Assembly (NCBI RefSeq): GCF_963921235.1
Contig: NC_086097.1
Span: 111,044,001 to 111,108,000 of the forward strand
Length of the DNA: 64,000 nucleotides
Origin: Mobula hypostoma
Taxonomy: Eukaryota
Direction of reading: 5' to 3'
The notes under the pieces were generated by a model that saw nothing but the letters and a program-made list of their open reading frames with translations, searched no databases and was not told the origin of the DNA. This document shows positions 24,753 through 36,540 of the stretch, piece by piece (position 1 is the first letter of the stretch; each line of letters begins with the position of its first letter). The position numbers and the translations under genes were made by a program.

Positions 24753-26082
24753 CAGGTGTCCCCCGCTTTTTGAACGTTCGCTTTATGAAACCTCACTGTT
24801 ACAAAAGACCTACATTAGTTCCCTGTTTTCGCTAAGAGTTTTCACTGTTATGAAAAAAAGCAGCGCGCAAAAAAAAGGCCCGCGCAGCCGCTCTCCCCCG
24901 GATTCGGAATGGCATTCTCGCCGGCATTGCTTAAACACCTGCCTGTGAGCAGCCGTTTGCAAGCTGAGTTCTAAGGTATTGCAAAAGCCTGAAAGAGCTC
25001 GTATGGGTGTTACACTTAGCGTAAAACTAGACATAATTAAGCATTTCGATCGTGGTGAATGAAGTAAGGACAAACTGAGTTTGGCTTGTGGAAGGTGACA
25101 AAGATGATGTTGAAGAGGTTTTGGCATCTCATGACCAAAAACTGATAGATGAAGAGCTGATGCAATTGCAAGAGGAAAGGATAACAATTAAAACCGAATG
25201 CAGTAGCGAAAGTAAAGTTGTCCAGGAACTGAATGTGAGGCAACTACGTGAAATTATCTGGGCCGCGGACAGATACCGATCCGCGGAGAATGCAGCAGTA
25301 GCCAGGAGGCACCCAGCACATCTTTAAGAAAAAAAGCCAAAATAAACAAGCTAATTAATTAGGTGCCGCCCGGCATGTAAATGTCGGCCCAGATCAGAGA
25401 CAATTGCCAATTGCGTCGCCTCTGATCTGGGCCGACATTTACGTGCCGGATGGCACCTAATTAATTAGCTTGTTTATTTCGGCTTTTTTCTTAAAGATGT
25501 GCTGGGTGCACCCCCGGCACCGCTGGACCGCTGCATTCTTCACAGATCGGTATCGGTTTGCTGCCTGGAGGGTGGGGGCCACTGTACCAGCCCAACTTCC
25601 TACGACTCAGCCTAACACCATCATCAGTGTGCTCGGCGCGTTCCCAATTCCGGTAAGTGATACTCCACTGTACAATACATTATTTCTACTTTATATCGGA
25701 TGTGTATTTTTACCTGTTATTTGGTATGATTTGGCAGCTTCATAGCTTAAAGGTTACTGGAGAGCGCTTGCGCTGTGTTTTTGCCAAGAACGCTTGCATG
25801 AGATTTTCGCTACGGAGAACAGTGCAGGCAATTATTGTGGAAAAGTATTTCTACTTTATATAGGCTGTGTATTCATCATATCATTCCTGCTTTTACTATA
25901 TGTTACTGTTATTTTAGGTTTTATATGTTATTTAGCATGATTTGTTAGGTTATTTTTGGGTCTGCAACACTCACAAATTTTTCCCATATAAATAAATGGT
26001 AATTGCTTCTTTGCTTTACGACATTCCGGCTTACGAAACGTTTCAGAGGAACGCTCTACCTTCGGAGGTCGGAGGAAACCTG
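24753..26082 (+). mobile_element. Non-autonomous pogo/Tigger-type DNA transposon with an internal palindrome
   Basis: TA on both sides; imperfect TIRs starting CAGGT; transposase-like remnants GVTLSVKLDIIKHFDRGE and DVEEVLASHDQKLIDEELMQL. Confidence 0.75.
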
Positions 26083-26795
26083 TATTAGGATAGTAAATGT
26101 ACCATCTGTCAAATCCCTTGCCAAAGTGTTAACATCATAGATGCCTGTGAGCAAACATCTGAAAGCATCCACTTTTGCTTAAATAGAGCCACTGCAACAG
26201 AGGGACCAAATCTTTACAATTATCTTCTTTCAAAGTCAACTATAAGCAATGTTGCATCACACCTATCCAAAAACATGGACCGTTCCTGTGTGAACCTAAA
26301 GTCAGAATTTAATAGGCAAACGAATACTGCCACAGGTGTGCTCGACTATCCATAGCCTGCCATGAATTGTGCACATTGAATTCCTGCTGATGAAACTGAA
26401 ATAGTGCAATGGAATCTGTTAAGACTGAACAGAGCAAGCCCTGCTTAATTCAGACTCAAATCAATAATGACAACAGTGTTTTAATATTGAATTTCCTTCC
26501 AAAGTAGGCCAAGATTAAAGAAAGGAACAGAAAGACAAGTTAAAAATATTAAAATACCCTATCAATTCAAATTAAAATAATGAAATTTCCAATTCCACAT
26601 TAACTACTGTTTTTTAAACTGGAAAATACTGATTTGTGAAATGGGCAAGGCTACAAGTCTCACTATTTTTTTTTTGATTATAGTAAATGCCAGCCTCATG
26701 ATTTATTGAAGAACCTTCTTGATTGCTCAGAGATAAAGATCCAAATATGCCTTCTACAATCTTAATTTGATGTGTGATTGTATTATAAACATTAC

Positions 26796-26946
26796 CTCCT
26801 AACCCATCTGGGTCATCTGTACTATCTTCAGTGTTCGAACTCTGCTGAGCTGTTTCTGTGCTTTCCTCCACAGAGGCTTGAGCTGTGGGTTCATGGACGC
26901 CCACACTTGACCCTCCAGGTACAGTCCTTTGCTTCAGTAATGCAAC
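26796..26946 (-). CDS. GOLGA4: GOLGA4 exon, 151 nt, phase 0-1: VALLKQRTVPGGSSVGVHEPTAQ...DDPDGLG
   Basis: ctatag acceptor, G/gtaatg donor. Starts VALLKQR (human VSLLKQR), then a divergent acidic linker; its phase-1 end fits the next exon. Confidence 0.88.
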
Positions 26947-27240
26947 CTATAGATATAATATGTTCAGCATTAACAAATTTGAAGTGCATTTCATGACATC
27001 TATGTTTGAAGCACTTCTTTGCACACAACCAATTCAGCTAAAAATACCAATTAATACAAATAAAAAAGTTCCTCAGGAACATCAGTAGCTATTTTATCCG
27101 TTAAGTAGCCATTTTTCCATGTCTGCCAAAGTAATGGACCCAATGAGGCAAAAAAATTATTTCTATTAGAAAAACCTGGTGACAGTGAATACACCTCAAA
27201 AACCATCTGGATAAATAAGAAAATTGCTCGTATTTCGATA

Positions 27241-27475
27241 AACACCCACAAAATACTGGAGGAACTCAGCAGGTCAGGCAGCATTTATGGAAATGAATCA
27301 CCAGTCAACGATTTGGGTATCTTCTCATTCTGGCATCTTCCCCCTTCCTTTCCAGTCCTGATGAAGGGTCTCGGCCTGTTGATTCATTTCCACAGATGCT
27401 GTCTGACCTGCTGAGTTCCTCTAGTATTTGTGTGTGTGTGACCCTGCACTTCCAGCATCTAAAGCAGCTCCTGTT
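27241..27475. mobile_element. Old palindromic Penelope pLTR remnant
   Basis: Inverted arms (ggaactcagcaggtcaggcagcat / atgctgtctgacctgctgagttcc) and a partial ctgatgaagggtctcggcct core. Confidence 0.7.
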
Positions 27476-27629
27476 CATATTTAGATATCTGAAAATCATA
27501 AAAACCTACCTGCATCAGGATTTATTTGCAAGATCTGTTGGTCAATACCCGAAGGAAATTTTGAATCCAGATTCATTTTACATTCAAATTAAAGAATTTA
27601 GTTACATGGTCAATAACAGAGTTACAAAG

Positions 27630-28170
27630 GAGGCCCTCTGTCGTTTGGGGTCAACCATGAATGTTGCGTCCCAGCATCTACAATGTATGCCAGCCAGGGC
27701 AGTATGATATGGAGAGCAAGCTGTTGCCCATGTAGCAGGCTGCCCCTCTCCAGGTAGCTGATGAATCCAAAGGAAAAGCAGAGACTGAAACAGTTTGGCA
27801 CCAGCAGTGTCACAAGAGTTGCCAATCAATGTTGAAATCAAAACAGGACTGCCTTAGGAAATCCAGCTGCGGATTCTTCCTCAGAGTTTACTTCCAAAGC
27901 CTTCCCATTACGTGGGTATAGCCCCAAGACAGCGGAGGTTTGAGAGAATTTTCTTTCTCCTCGGTGAGCAGCCAGCCATGGCTAACAAGCCTTTGCCCTT
28001 CTCCTGTCAGTAGAAATGGTGCCACCAGGGTAAATAGCTAAGCTACACGTGAAGGCCAGGAGCTGGACTTGGTTGTCAAAGGTTATTTGAGACACACGCC
28101 ACTGGGAGATTTAATAGGTAGTGGGAACTTATTCCTACTACCACCCAGTGCTTTATCAACTGTAAGGAAT
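27630..28170. repeat. Interspersed repeat with a second, inverted copy at 43823-44040; possibly RTE 5'-region derived
   Basis: Reverse-complement similarity to 43823-44040 (both encode GEGxPAxWATxCSPY-like text). Family assignment uncertain. Confidence 0.55.
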
Positions 28171-28857
28171 ATAGTTACAACAGACAACTAAATAATTAAA
28201 TGAAAAATCAAACTTGCAGATCAGTGTATAGCACTTAGTATTCCCCTATATCAGATAAACCAGGTAAAAGATTGAGTGACCGCTTTGTGGAGCATGGACA
28301 TTCAGCCCACAGGGGCAACCCTGATCTTTATTCAACTTGAATTCTTCATCCCAATATCATTCTGTGGCAGGTTACACTGACACACAATGCAAGTTTGAAA
28401 ATTCAGCACCTAACCTCTGCCTGGGCATGCTGCAACATTTTGGACTTGACACCGAATTCTACAATGTCAAGTAACTTGTTTTCTCTACCTTGTATCGGTC
28501 TTCATTGTGCTATTGGTTCAGCTTAACACGCCCTCACCCTTAGCTTTACCCCTCTGGAAGTTAAGGGCAGACTGACCTGTTACTCCTCTGCATTCTGTGG
28601 TTTATTCTCTACCCGTACTCCTTCCATTCACCTGACAACCTTGTGTACAGCGTATTCCCATGGTCATCCCTGTTTTACCCTAAGGCACCCTCTCTGCCCA
28701 AGTTTCCAGGCAGCTTAACAAGATTCTCTTTTTCCAATTCTAAGAAAATATCTTCACCCAATACAAGAACTGTCAAGAAGTTTCAGTATTTTCTGTTTCT
28801 ATTTAAACTGTAAACTATTTTGTTAACAATGTAAAATAATATAAACATACAAATATA

Positions 28858-29354
28858 CACTCAGTGGCCACTCTATTAGGTACCTCCTGTTTGTGGGCTT
28901 CTGGCTGCTGAAGCGCATTCACTTCAAGCGTCAAAGTATGGTGCATTCAGAGATGCTCATCTGCACACCACTGTTGTAACATGTTGCTATTTGAGTTACC
29001 GTCGTCTTCCTGTCAACTTGAACCATTCTCCTCTGGCCTCTCTCATTTTTGCCCACATAACTGCCAATCACTGCACATTCTCTGTAAATTCTGGAGACTT
29101 TTGCATGAAAATCTCAGGGCATCAGTAGTTTCTAATATACTCACATCACCCTGTCTGGCACCAATAATCATTTCATGGTCAAAGTCACTTAGATCACATT
29201 GCTTACCCATTCTGATGTTTGGTCTGAACATCAACTGAACCTCTTGACCAAGTTTGCATGCTTCTATGCAGTGGGTTGCTGCCACATGATTGACTGATTA
29301 GATGTTTGCATTAACCAGGTGTACAGGTGTACCTAATACAGTGACCACTGAAAG
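28858..29354. mobile_element. Tc1/mariner-type non-autonomous element
   Basis: TIR cactcagtggccactctattaggtac and its imperfect complement; TA flanks. Confidence 0.8.
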
Positions 29355-30483
29355 TACAGTAAATGGCAAGTCCCTTGGGAACACTGGTAGAGAGATCTCA
29401 GGGTGTCAAGTAATTCCCAAGGATGTGGCAACGTAAGTAGATGGGGGTGGTAAGAACTACGTACTGCATCCTTACCTTCATTGGTGGGAGTTCTGTGTAC
29501 AGATAGAGGAAGTCACACTGCAGATGTACAAAACCTTGGTAACGCCACATTTGGAGTATTAAAGTTAGGCAAACCTTGATCGCTTCCTTTGGAGCTTCAA
29601 AGGCTGAGGGACAACCTCATAATAAGTTTATAAATTATTTCCACTTCGCTGGAAAAAGGCCATGAAAGATCCTACCTACCTTGCTCATGGACTGTTTATC
29701 CGACTCCCATCAGGGAGGAGGCTACATAGCATCCACATCAGGACCACCAGACCCAGAAATACTTACTTTCACCAAGCAGTAAGGTTGATCAATACCTTCA
29801 CCCACTAACCCAACCAAACACACCCCAATCCTACTTTATTACTTCCTGTCAGAGTCACTCCTATACCTAGCATCACTTTATGGGCATACAATCTATGTAT
29901 ATAACCTTCTTATGTACTTATATTTATTGTAATTTTTTTTATTGTTGTATTCTTTATCTTAATGCATTTTTTTTTGTTCTGCCTCAGATCCGGAGTAACA
30001 ATAAAGTTTTTCTCCTTGCACTTGTGTACTGGAAATGACATTAAACAATCTTGAGACACATCACAGTCCTTAAACCCTAACCTGACCTCCAACCTCAAAA
30101 CTATCCCTACGAAAAAGAGCCTGAGCCACAACCTTGATGAAGACTGCAGTCCTCATCATCTTGACTAGTAGGACAGAACCTTTATCCAAAGAACCTACCT
30201 AGTCAAACTTTGTTGCACTCCTCATTTCTGAGGCAGGGTGACAAAGCTGATACACAATCTCACCAGTATCCTGTATAACTGGTCTGAGGCAACATTATAC
30301 TTGCACTCAAGCCTCTTTAGGCTTAAGGCTAACGTGCCATCTGCCTTCATAACTTCTTGCTAAATAGTAATGTTAAATTATTCATTTACCAGAACTCCTC
30401 AATCCCTTTGAGCACCAAAATTTTTCAATAAGTTACTAACTGAAATACACTCTGCTTTTACTCGCCCATATTATATTTCATCT

Positions 30484-30864
30484 AACACACACAAAATGCT
30501 GGTGGAACACAGCAGGCCAGGCAGCATCTATAGGAACAGGTACAGTCAACGTTTCGGGCCAAGACCCTTCGTCAGGACTAACTGAAAGAAGAGATAGTAA
30601 GAGATTTGAAAGTGGAAGGGGAAGGGGGAGATCCGAAATGATAGGAGAAGACAAGAGGGGGAGAGATGGAGCTAAGAGCTGGAAAATTGATTGGCAAGAA
30701 GATACAAGGCTGGAGAAGGGAGAGGATCATGGGACGGGAGGCCTAGGGAGAAAGAAGAGGGGAGCATTAGAGGAAGATATAGTGAGAGGGACACAGGGAG
30801 AAAAAGAGAGAATGAATGAATGAATGAACGAATGAACAATGGGGTAAGAAGGGGAGGAGGTGCT
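30484..30864 (-). mobile_element. Solo Penelope pLTR fragment with hammerhead motif at 30544-30579
   Basis: Similar to the pLTR at 57720-58110; TSD ttatatttcatct at 30471-30483 and 30865-30877; cleavage triplet GTT. Confidence 0.85.
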
Positions 30865-31224
30865 TTATATTTCATCTCCCATGTCTTGGATGTATCCCTT
30901 AGCCGGTCCATATCCCATTTTTGCACCTTCCACAGAAATTTCGATACCAACCAGCTTTGCTTCATCAGCAAATGCATTTAATAAATTCAGTCACCTTGAC
31001 ATTAGCATTGGCATCAATTGTAAAGTTATGATCCATGTATTGATCCCTAAAGCAGCCATCAGTATCAGTCTCTCAAACCATGAATTACCAGTTTATTCCA
31101 ACATTTTTCTGTGTCTCAACAAACCTTCAATTCAGGCAAAGATGCAACCCACCAATACATATCCTCAATTTCTGTTGAATAACCTCATGGGCACATGGTT
31201 AAAGTCTGACAACACAAATATCTG

Positions 31225-31728
31225 TTGTCCTGTCCAAGACCGAAAGAAGCTGCAGAAGATCGTGAACAGGGCGCAGCACATCACACAAACCAATCTTCCG
31301 TCCTTGGACTCACTTTACACCACATGCTGTTGGAACAGTACTGCCAGGATAATCAAGGACATGACTCACCCAGCCAACACACTTTTCGTCCCTCTTCCTT
31401 CCGGGAGAAGGCTCAGGAGCTTGAAGACTCGTACGACCAGATTTGGGAACAGCTTCTTTCCAACTATGATAAGACTGCTGAACGGATCCTGACCCAGATC
31501 TGGGACGTACCCTCCAAATATCCGGACCTGCCTCTAGGTTTTTTCGCACTACCTTACTTTCCATTTTTCTATTTTCTATTTATGATTTATAATTTAAATT
31601 TTTATATTTACTAATTTTTACTATTCTTAATTTTTAATATTTGTAATCCAGGGAGTGGGAAGCGCAGAATCAAATATTGCTGTGATGATTGTACGTTCTA
31701 GTATCAATTGTTTGGCGACAATAAGGTA
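31225..31728 (+). mobile_element. Rex1/Babar 3' fragment
   Basis: DRKKLQKIV, HPANTLFVPLPSGRRLRS and NSFFP motifs. Confidence 0.8.
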
Positions 31729-32580
31729 TCTACTCAATCTTCCATACTTCTTCTGCTTGTTACAGAATACAAAAAGTAAAAAAAAAATCAAACACGATTC
31801 TCCTTTTATAAATCCATGAACTGCAGATTCAACCCTATTCTATTTTTTCTTCCTTTCTTATGGGCTAGTAACCTCAATAGTAAGTTCTCATTTTCCTGAC
31901 ACTGACGCAAACCCAGCTGGTCTGTAGCAAGCTTTCAGTTTTCTGTGTTGCCAGCCCAAAATAGTACATCTAAATTTGCCGTCTTCCAAGTCCCAGAAAA
32001 ATATTCCTGAAACTTAGGAACAGAATATTTCAGAGGTTCATATTTTTGTTACTTCTTTATTGAAGCCTTACCATCTGTTTAATATCTGTCAATAAATTAT
32101 CATATCTATTTTCTTCAGACTTCCTTTTCTGAATTTTCTCAAATCTTCAGGATGAGTATACGTTTGGCCAACATTTTGGCCTTACTTGTAATTCACTGTT
32201 ACAAGCAATGTTCTATAGATGCTAGCTCAGATAATGACAATTAAACCAAAGTTAAAATGCAGATATAGTCAATCTAAATTGTGGAACTAGATTATCAAGA
32301 ATAAGAAACACAGCTGTGGAAGTGTAAGACTGCAAGAACAGCAGTGCAATTTTTCTCTTCCAACAGAAGCAACCTGATCTGCTGAGTATTTCCGGCATTC
32401 TTCATTTCTAACTGCCTCTTTTCAGCATTCCTCCATTTGTGCTCCTCCAAGCAATTACATTTGAATTCATCAGAGGCTACAAGAAGCAATTGTGTCACCT
32501 GGTATTCATTTTGTCCTTTGTTTGTAACTTAAAACACGTTTGATTTCTCCATTCTGTTGAAGATGTTACCTAATCTGCTG

Positions 32581-35500
32581 CCAACAACAGGAATTCTGCA
32601 GATGCTGGAAATTCAAGCAACACACATCAAAGTTGCTGGTGAACGCAGCAGGCCAGGCAGCATCTGTAGGAAGAGGTGCAGTCGACGTTTCAGGCCGAGA
32701 CCCCTCGTCAGGACTAACTGAAGGAAGAGTGAGTAAGGGATTTGAAAGTTGGAGGGGGAGGGGGAGGTCCAAAATGATAGGAGAAGACAGGAGGGGGAGG
32801 GATAGAGCCAAGAGCTGGACAGGTGATAGGCAAAAGGGGATACGAGAGGATCATGGGACAGGAGGTCCGGGAAGAAAGACGGGGGGGAGGGGGGACCCAG
32901 AGGATGGGCAAGAGGTATATTCAGAGGGACAGAGGGAGAAAAAGGAGAGTGAGAGAAAGAATGTGTGCATAAAAATAAGTAACAGATGGGGTACGAGGGG
33001 GAGGTGGGGCCTTAGCGGAAGTTAGAGAAGTCGATGTTCATGCCATCAGGTTGGAGGCTACCCAGACGGAATATAAGGTGTTGTTCCTCCAACCTGAGTG
33101 TGACTTCATCTTTACAGTAGAGGAGGCCGTGGATAGACATGTCAGAATGGGAATGGGATGTGGAATTAAAATGTTTGGCCACTGGGAGATCCTGCTTTCT
33201 CTGGCAGACAGAGCGTAGACGTTCAGCAAAGCGGTCTCCCAGTCTGCGTCGGGTCTCGCCATTATATAAAAGGCCACATTGGGAGCACCGGACGCAGTAT
33301 ATCACCCCAGTCGACTCACAGGTGAAGTGTTGCCTCCCTGGAAGGACTGTTTGAGGCCCTGAATGGCGGTAAGGGAGGAAGTGTAAGGGCATGTGTAGCA
33401 CTTGTTCCGCTTACACGGATAAGTGCCAGGAGGGAGATCAGTGGGGAGGGATGGGGGGGACGAATGGACAAGGGAGTTCTGTAGGGAGCGATCCCTGCGG
33501 AATGCAGGGGGGGGGAGGGAAAGATGTGCTTAGTGGTGGAATCCCGTTGGAGGTGGCGGAAGTTACGGAGAATAATATGTTGGACCCGGAGGCTGGTGGG
33601 GTGGTAGGTGAGGACCAGGGGAACCCTATTCCTAGTGGGGTGGCGGGAGGATGGAGTGAGAGCAGATGTACGTGAAATGGGGAAGATGCGTTTAAGAGCA
33701 GACTTGATAGTGGAGGAAGGGAAGCCCCTTTCTTTAAAAAAGGAAGACATCTCCCTCATCCTAGAATGAAAAGCCTCATTCTGAGAGCAGATGCGGTGGA
33801 GATGGAGGAATTGCGAGAAGGGGATGGCGTTTTTGCAAGAGACAGGGTGAGAAGAGGAATAGTCCAGATAGCTGTGAGAGTCAGTAGGCTTATAGTAGAC
33901 AACAGTGGATAAGCTGTCTCCAGAGACAGAGACAGAGACAGAAAGATCTAGAAAGGGGAGGGAGGTGTCGGGAATGGACCTGGTAAACCTGAGGGCAGGG
34001 TGAAAGTTGGAGGCAAAGTTAATAAAGTCAACGAGTTCTGCATGCGTGCAGGAAGCAGCGCCAATGCAGTCGTCGATGTAACGAAGGAAAAGTGGGGGAC
34101 AGATACCAGAATAGGCACGGAACATAGATTGTTCCACAAAGCCAACAAAAAGGCAGGCATAGCTAGGACCCATACGGGTGCTCATAGCTACACCTTTAGT
34201 TTGGAGGAAGTGGGAGGAGCCAAAGGAGAAATTATTAAGAGTAAGGACTAATTCCGCTAGACGGAGCAGAGTGGTGGTAGAGGGGAACTGATTAGGTCTG
34301 GAAACTGATTAGTTCCCTGGCCCCCACCGCTTTATTTTCACCATGGATGTCCAGTCCTTATATACTTCCATCCCCCATCAGGATGGTCTCAAAGCTCTAG
34401 GCTTCTTTTTGGATTCCAGACCTAATCAGCTCCCCTCTACCACCACTCTGCTCCATCTAGCGGAATTAGTCCTTACTCTTAATAATTTCTCCTTTGGCTC
34501 CTCCCACTTCCTCCAAACTAAAGGTGTAGCTATGGGCACCCGTATGGGTCCCAGCTATGCCTGCCTTTTTGTTGGCTTTGTGGAACAATCTATGTTCCGT
34601 GCCTATTCTGGTATCTGTCCCCCACTTTTCCTTCGCTACATCGACGACTGCATTGGCGCTGCTTCCTGCACGCATGCTGAGCTCGTTGACTTTATTAACT
34701 TTGCCTCCAACTTTCACCCTGCCCTCAGGTTTACCTGGTCCATTTCCGACACCTCCCTCCCCTTTCTAGATCTTTCTGTCTCTGTCTCTGGAGACAGCTT
34801 ATCCACTGATGTCTACTATAAGCCTACTGACTCTCACAGCTATCTGGACTATTCCTCTTCTCACCCTGTCTCTTGCAAAAATGCCATCCCCTTCTCGCAA
34901 TTCCTCCGTCTCCGCTGCATCTGCTCTCAGGATGAGGCTTTTCATTCCAGGACGAGGGAGATGTCTTCCTTTTTTAAAGAAAGGGGCTTCCCTTCCTCCA
35001 CTATCAAGTCTGCTCTTAAACGCATCTCCCCCATTTCACGTACATCTGCTCTCACTCCATCCTCCCGCCACCCCACTAGGAATAGGGTTCCCCTGGTCCT
35101 CACCTACCACCCCACCAGCCTCCGGGTCCAACATATTATTCTCCGTAACTTCCGCCACCTCCAACGGGATCCCACCACTAAGCACATCTTTCCCTCCTCC
35201 CCTCTCTGCTTTCCGCAGGGATCGCTCCCTAGGCAACTCCCTTGTTCATTCATCCCCCCCCCCCATCCCTCCCCACTGATCTCCCTCCTGGCACTTATCT
35301 GTGTAAGTGGAACAAGTGCTACACATGCCCTTACACTTCCTCCCTTACCACCATTCAGGGCCCCAAACAGTCCTTCCAGGTGAGGCAACACTTCACCTGT
35401 GAGTCGACTGGGGTGATATACTGCGTCCGGTGCTCCCGATGTGGCCTTTTATATATTGGCGAGACCCGACGCAGACTGGGAGACCGCTTTGCTGAACATC

Positions 35501-36073
35501 TACGCTCTGCCCGCCAGAGAAAGCAGGATCTCCCAGTGGCCACACATTTTAATTCCACATCCCATTCCCATTCTGACATGTCTATCCACGGCCTCCTCTA
35601 CTGTAAAGATGAAGTCACACTCAGGTTGGAGGAACAACACCTTATATTCCGTCTGGGTAGCCTCCAACCTGATGGCATGAACATCGACTTCTCTAACTTC
35701 CGCTAAGGCCCCACCTCCCCCTCGTACCCCATCTGTTACTTATTTTTATGCACACATTCTTTCTCTCCCTCTGTCCCTCTGAATATACCTCTTGCCCATC
35801 CTCTGGGTCCCCCCCCCATCTTTCTTCCCGGACCTCCCGTCCCATGATCCTCTCGTATCCCCTTTTGCCTATCACCTGTCCAGCTCTTGGCTCTATCCCT
35901 CCCCCTCCTGTCTTCTCCTATCATTTTGGATCTCCCCCTCCCCCTCTCAAATCCCTTACTCACTCTTCCTTCAGTTAGTCCTGACGAGGGGTCTCGGCAT
36001 GAAACGTCGACTGCACCTCTTCCTACAGATGCTGCCTGGCCTGCTGCGTTCACCAGCAACTTTGATGTGTGTT
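32581..36073. mobile_element. Fold-back Penelope-like insertion: minus arm 32583-34303, plus arm 34311-36073
   Basis: Both arms encode the RT C-terminus (RYIDD), GIY-YIG and pLTR; one TSD ac(c/t)taatctgctg at 32568-32580 and 36074-36086. Confidence 0.93.
32680..32715 (-). ncRNA. Minimal hammerhead ribozyme motif (left arm)
   Basis: AGTC-CTGACGA-G-GGGT-CTCG-GCCT-GAAAC-GTC-GACT. The mirror copy at 35977-36012 (+) has a stem II mismatch. Confidence 0.72.
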
Positions 36074-36540
36074 ACTTAATCTGCTGAGCACGTTTCCACT
36101 AAAGCAATAATGACCAAAGAAATATCTGATTACCAGGCACAGTTTTCTGTTAAACTAAGTAGTTTACTTTACTAACAAAAGGTTACAATGCAATCACAAA
36201 TCAAAATCAACATTTCTACATTATCTATCATAACTTGATATTTCATGTCTAAGAACATTCTATCAGAAAAATATTATACAACCCTGACTAATCTGATGAA
36301 AATCCCAGTTCAAGAGTTATTTATGGACGTGCAGTTTATTCCCTAGCATGATTGTTCTTTCGATACTAGTATATTTAAGAAATCTTAAATTGTTAAATTT
36401 CAAATTATTTTAACATCAAGGCTGCAGCCATGTTCATATACACAGTCCTCTGAAAGTAGAATACAGGTAGACAGGGTGGTGAAGAAAACTTTTGGCATGC
36501 TGGCCTTCATCAGCCAAGGCTCTGAGAATACAAGTTCCAA

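Noticed and set aside
27758..27791. CTGATGA...GAAAC as another hammerhead
   Set aside because: No credible stem II or stem I, and the motif is not kept in the 43823-44040 copy.
32581..36073. Fold-back as an assembly artefact
   Set aside because: The arms differ by scattered substitutions and indels, have asymmetric ends and sit within one TSD. Long reads would still be the final test.
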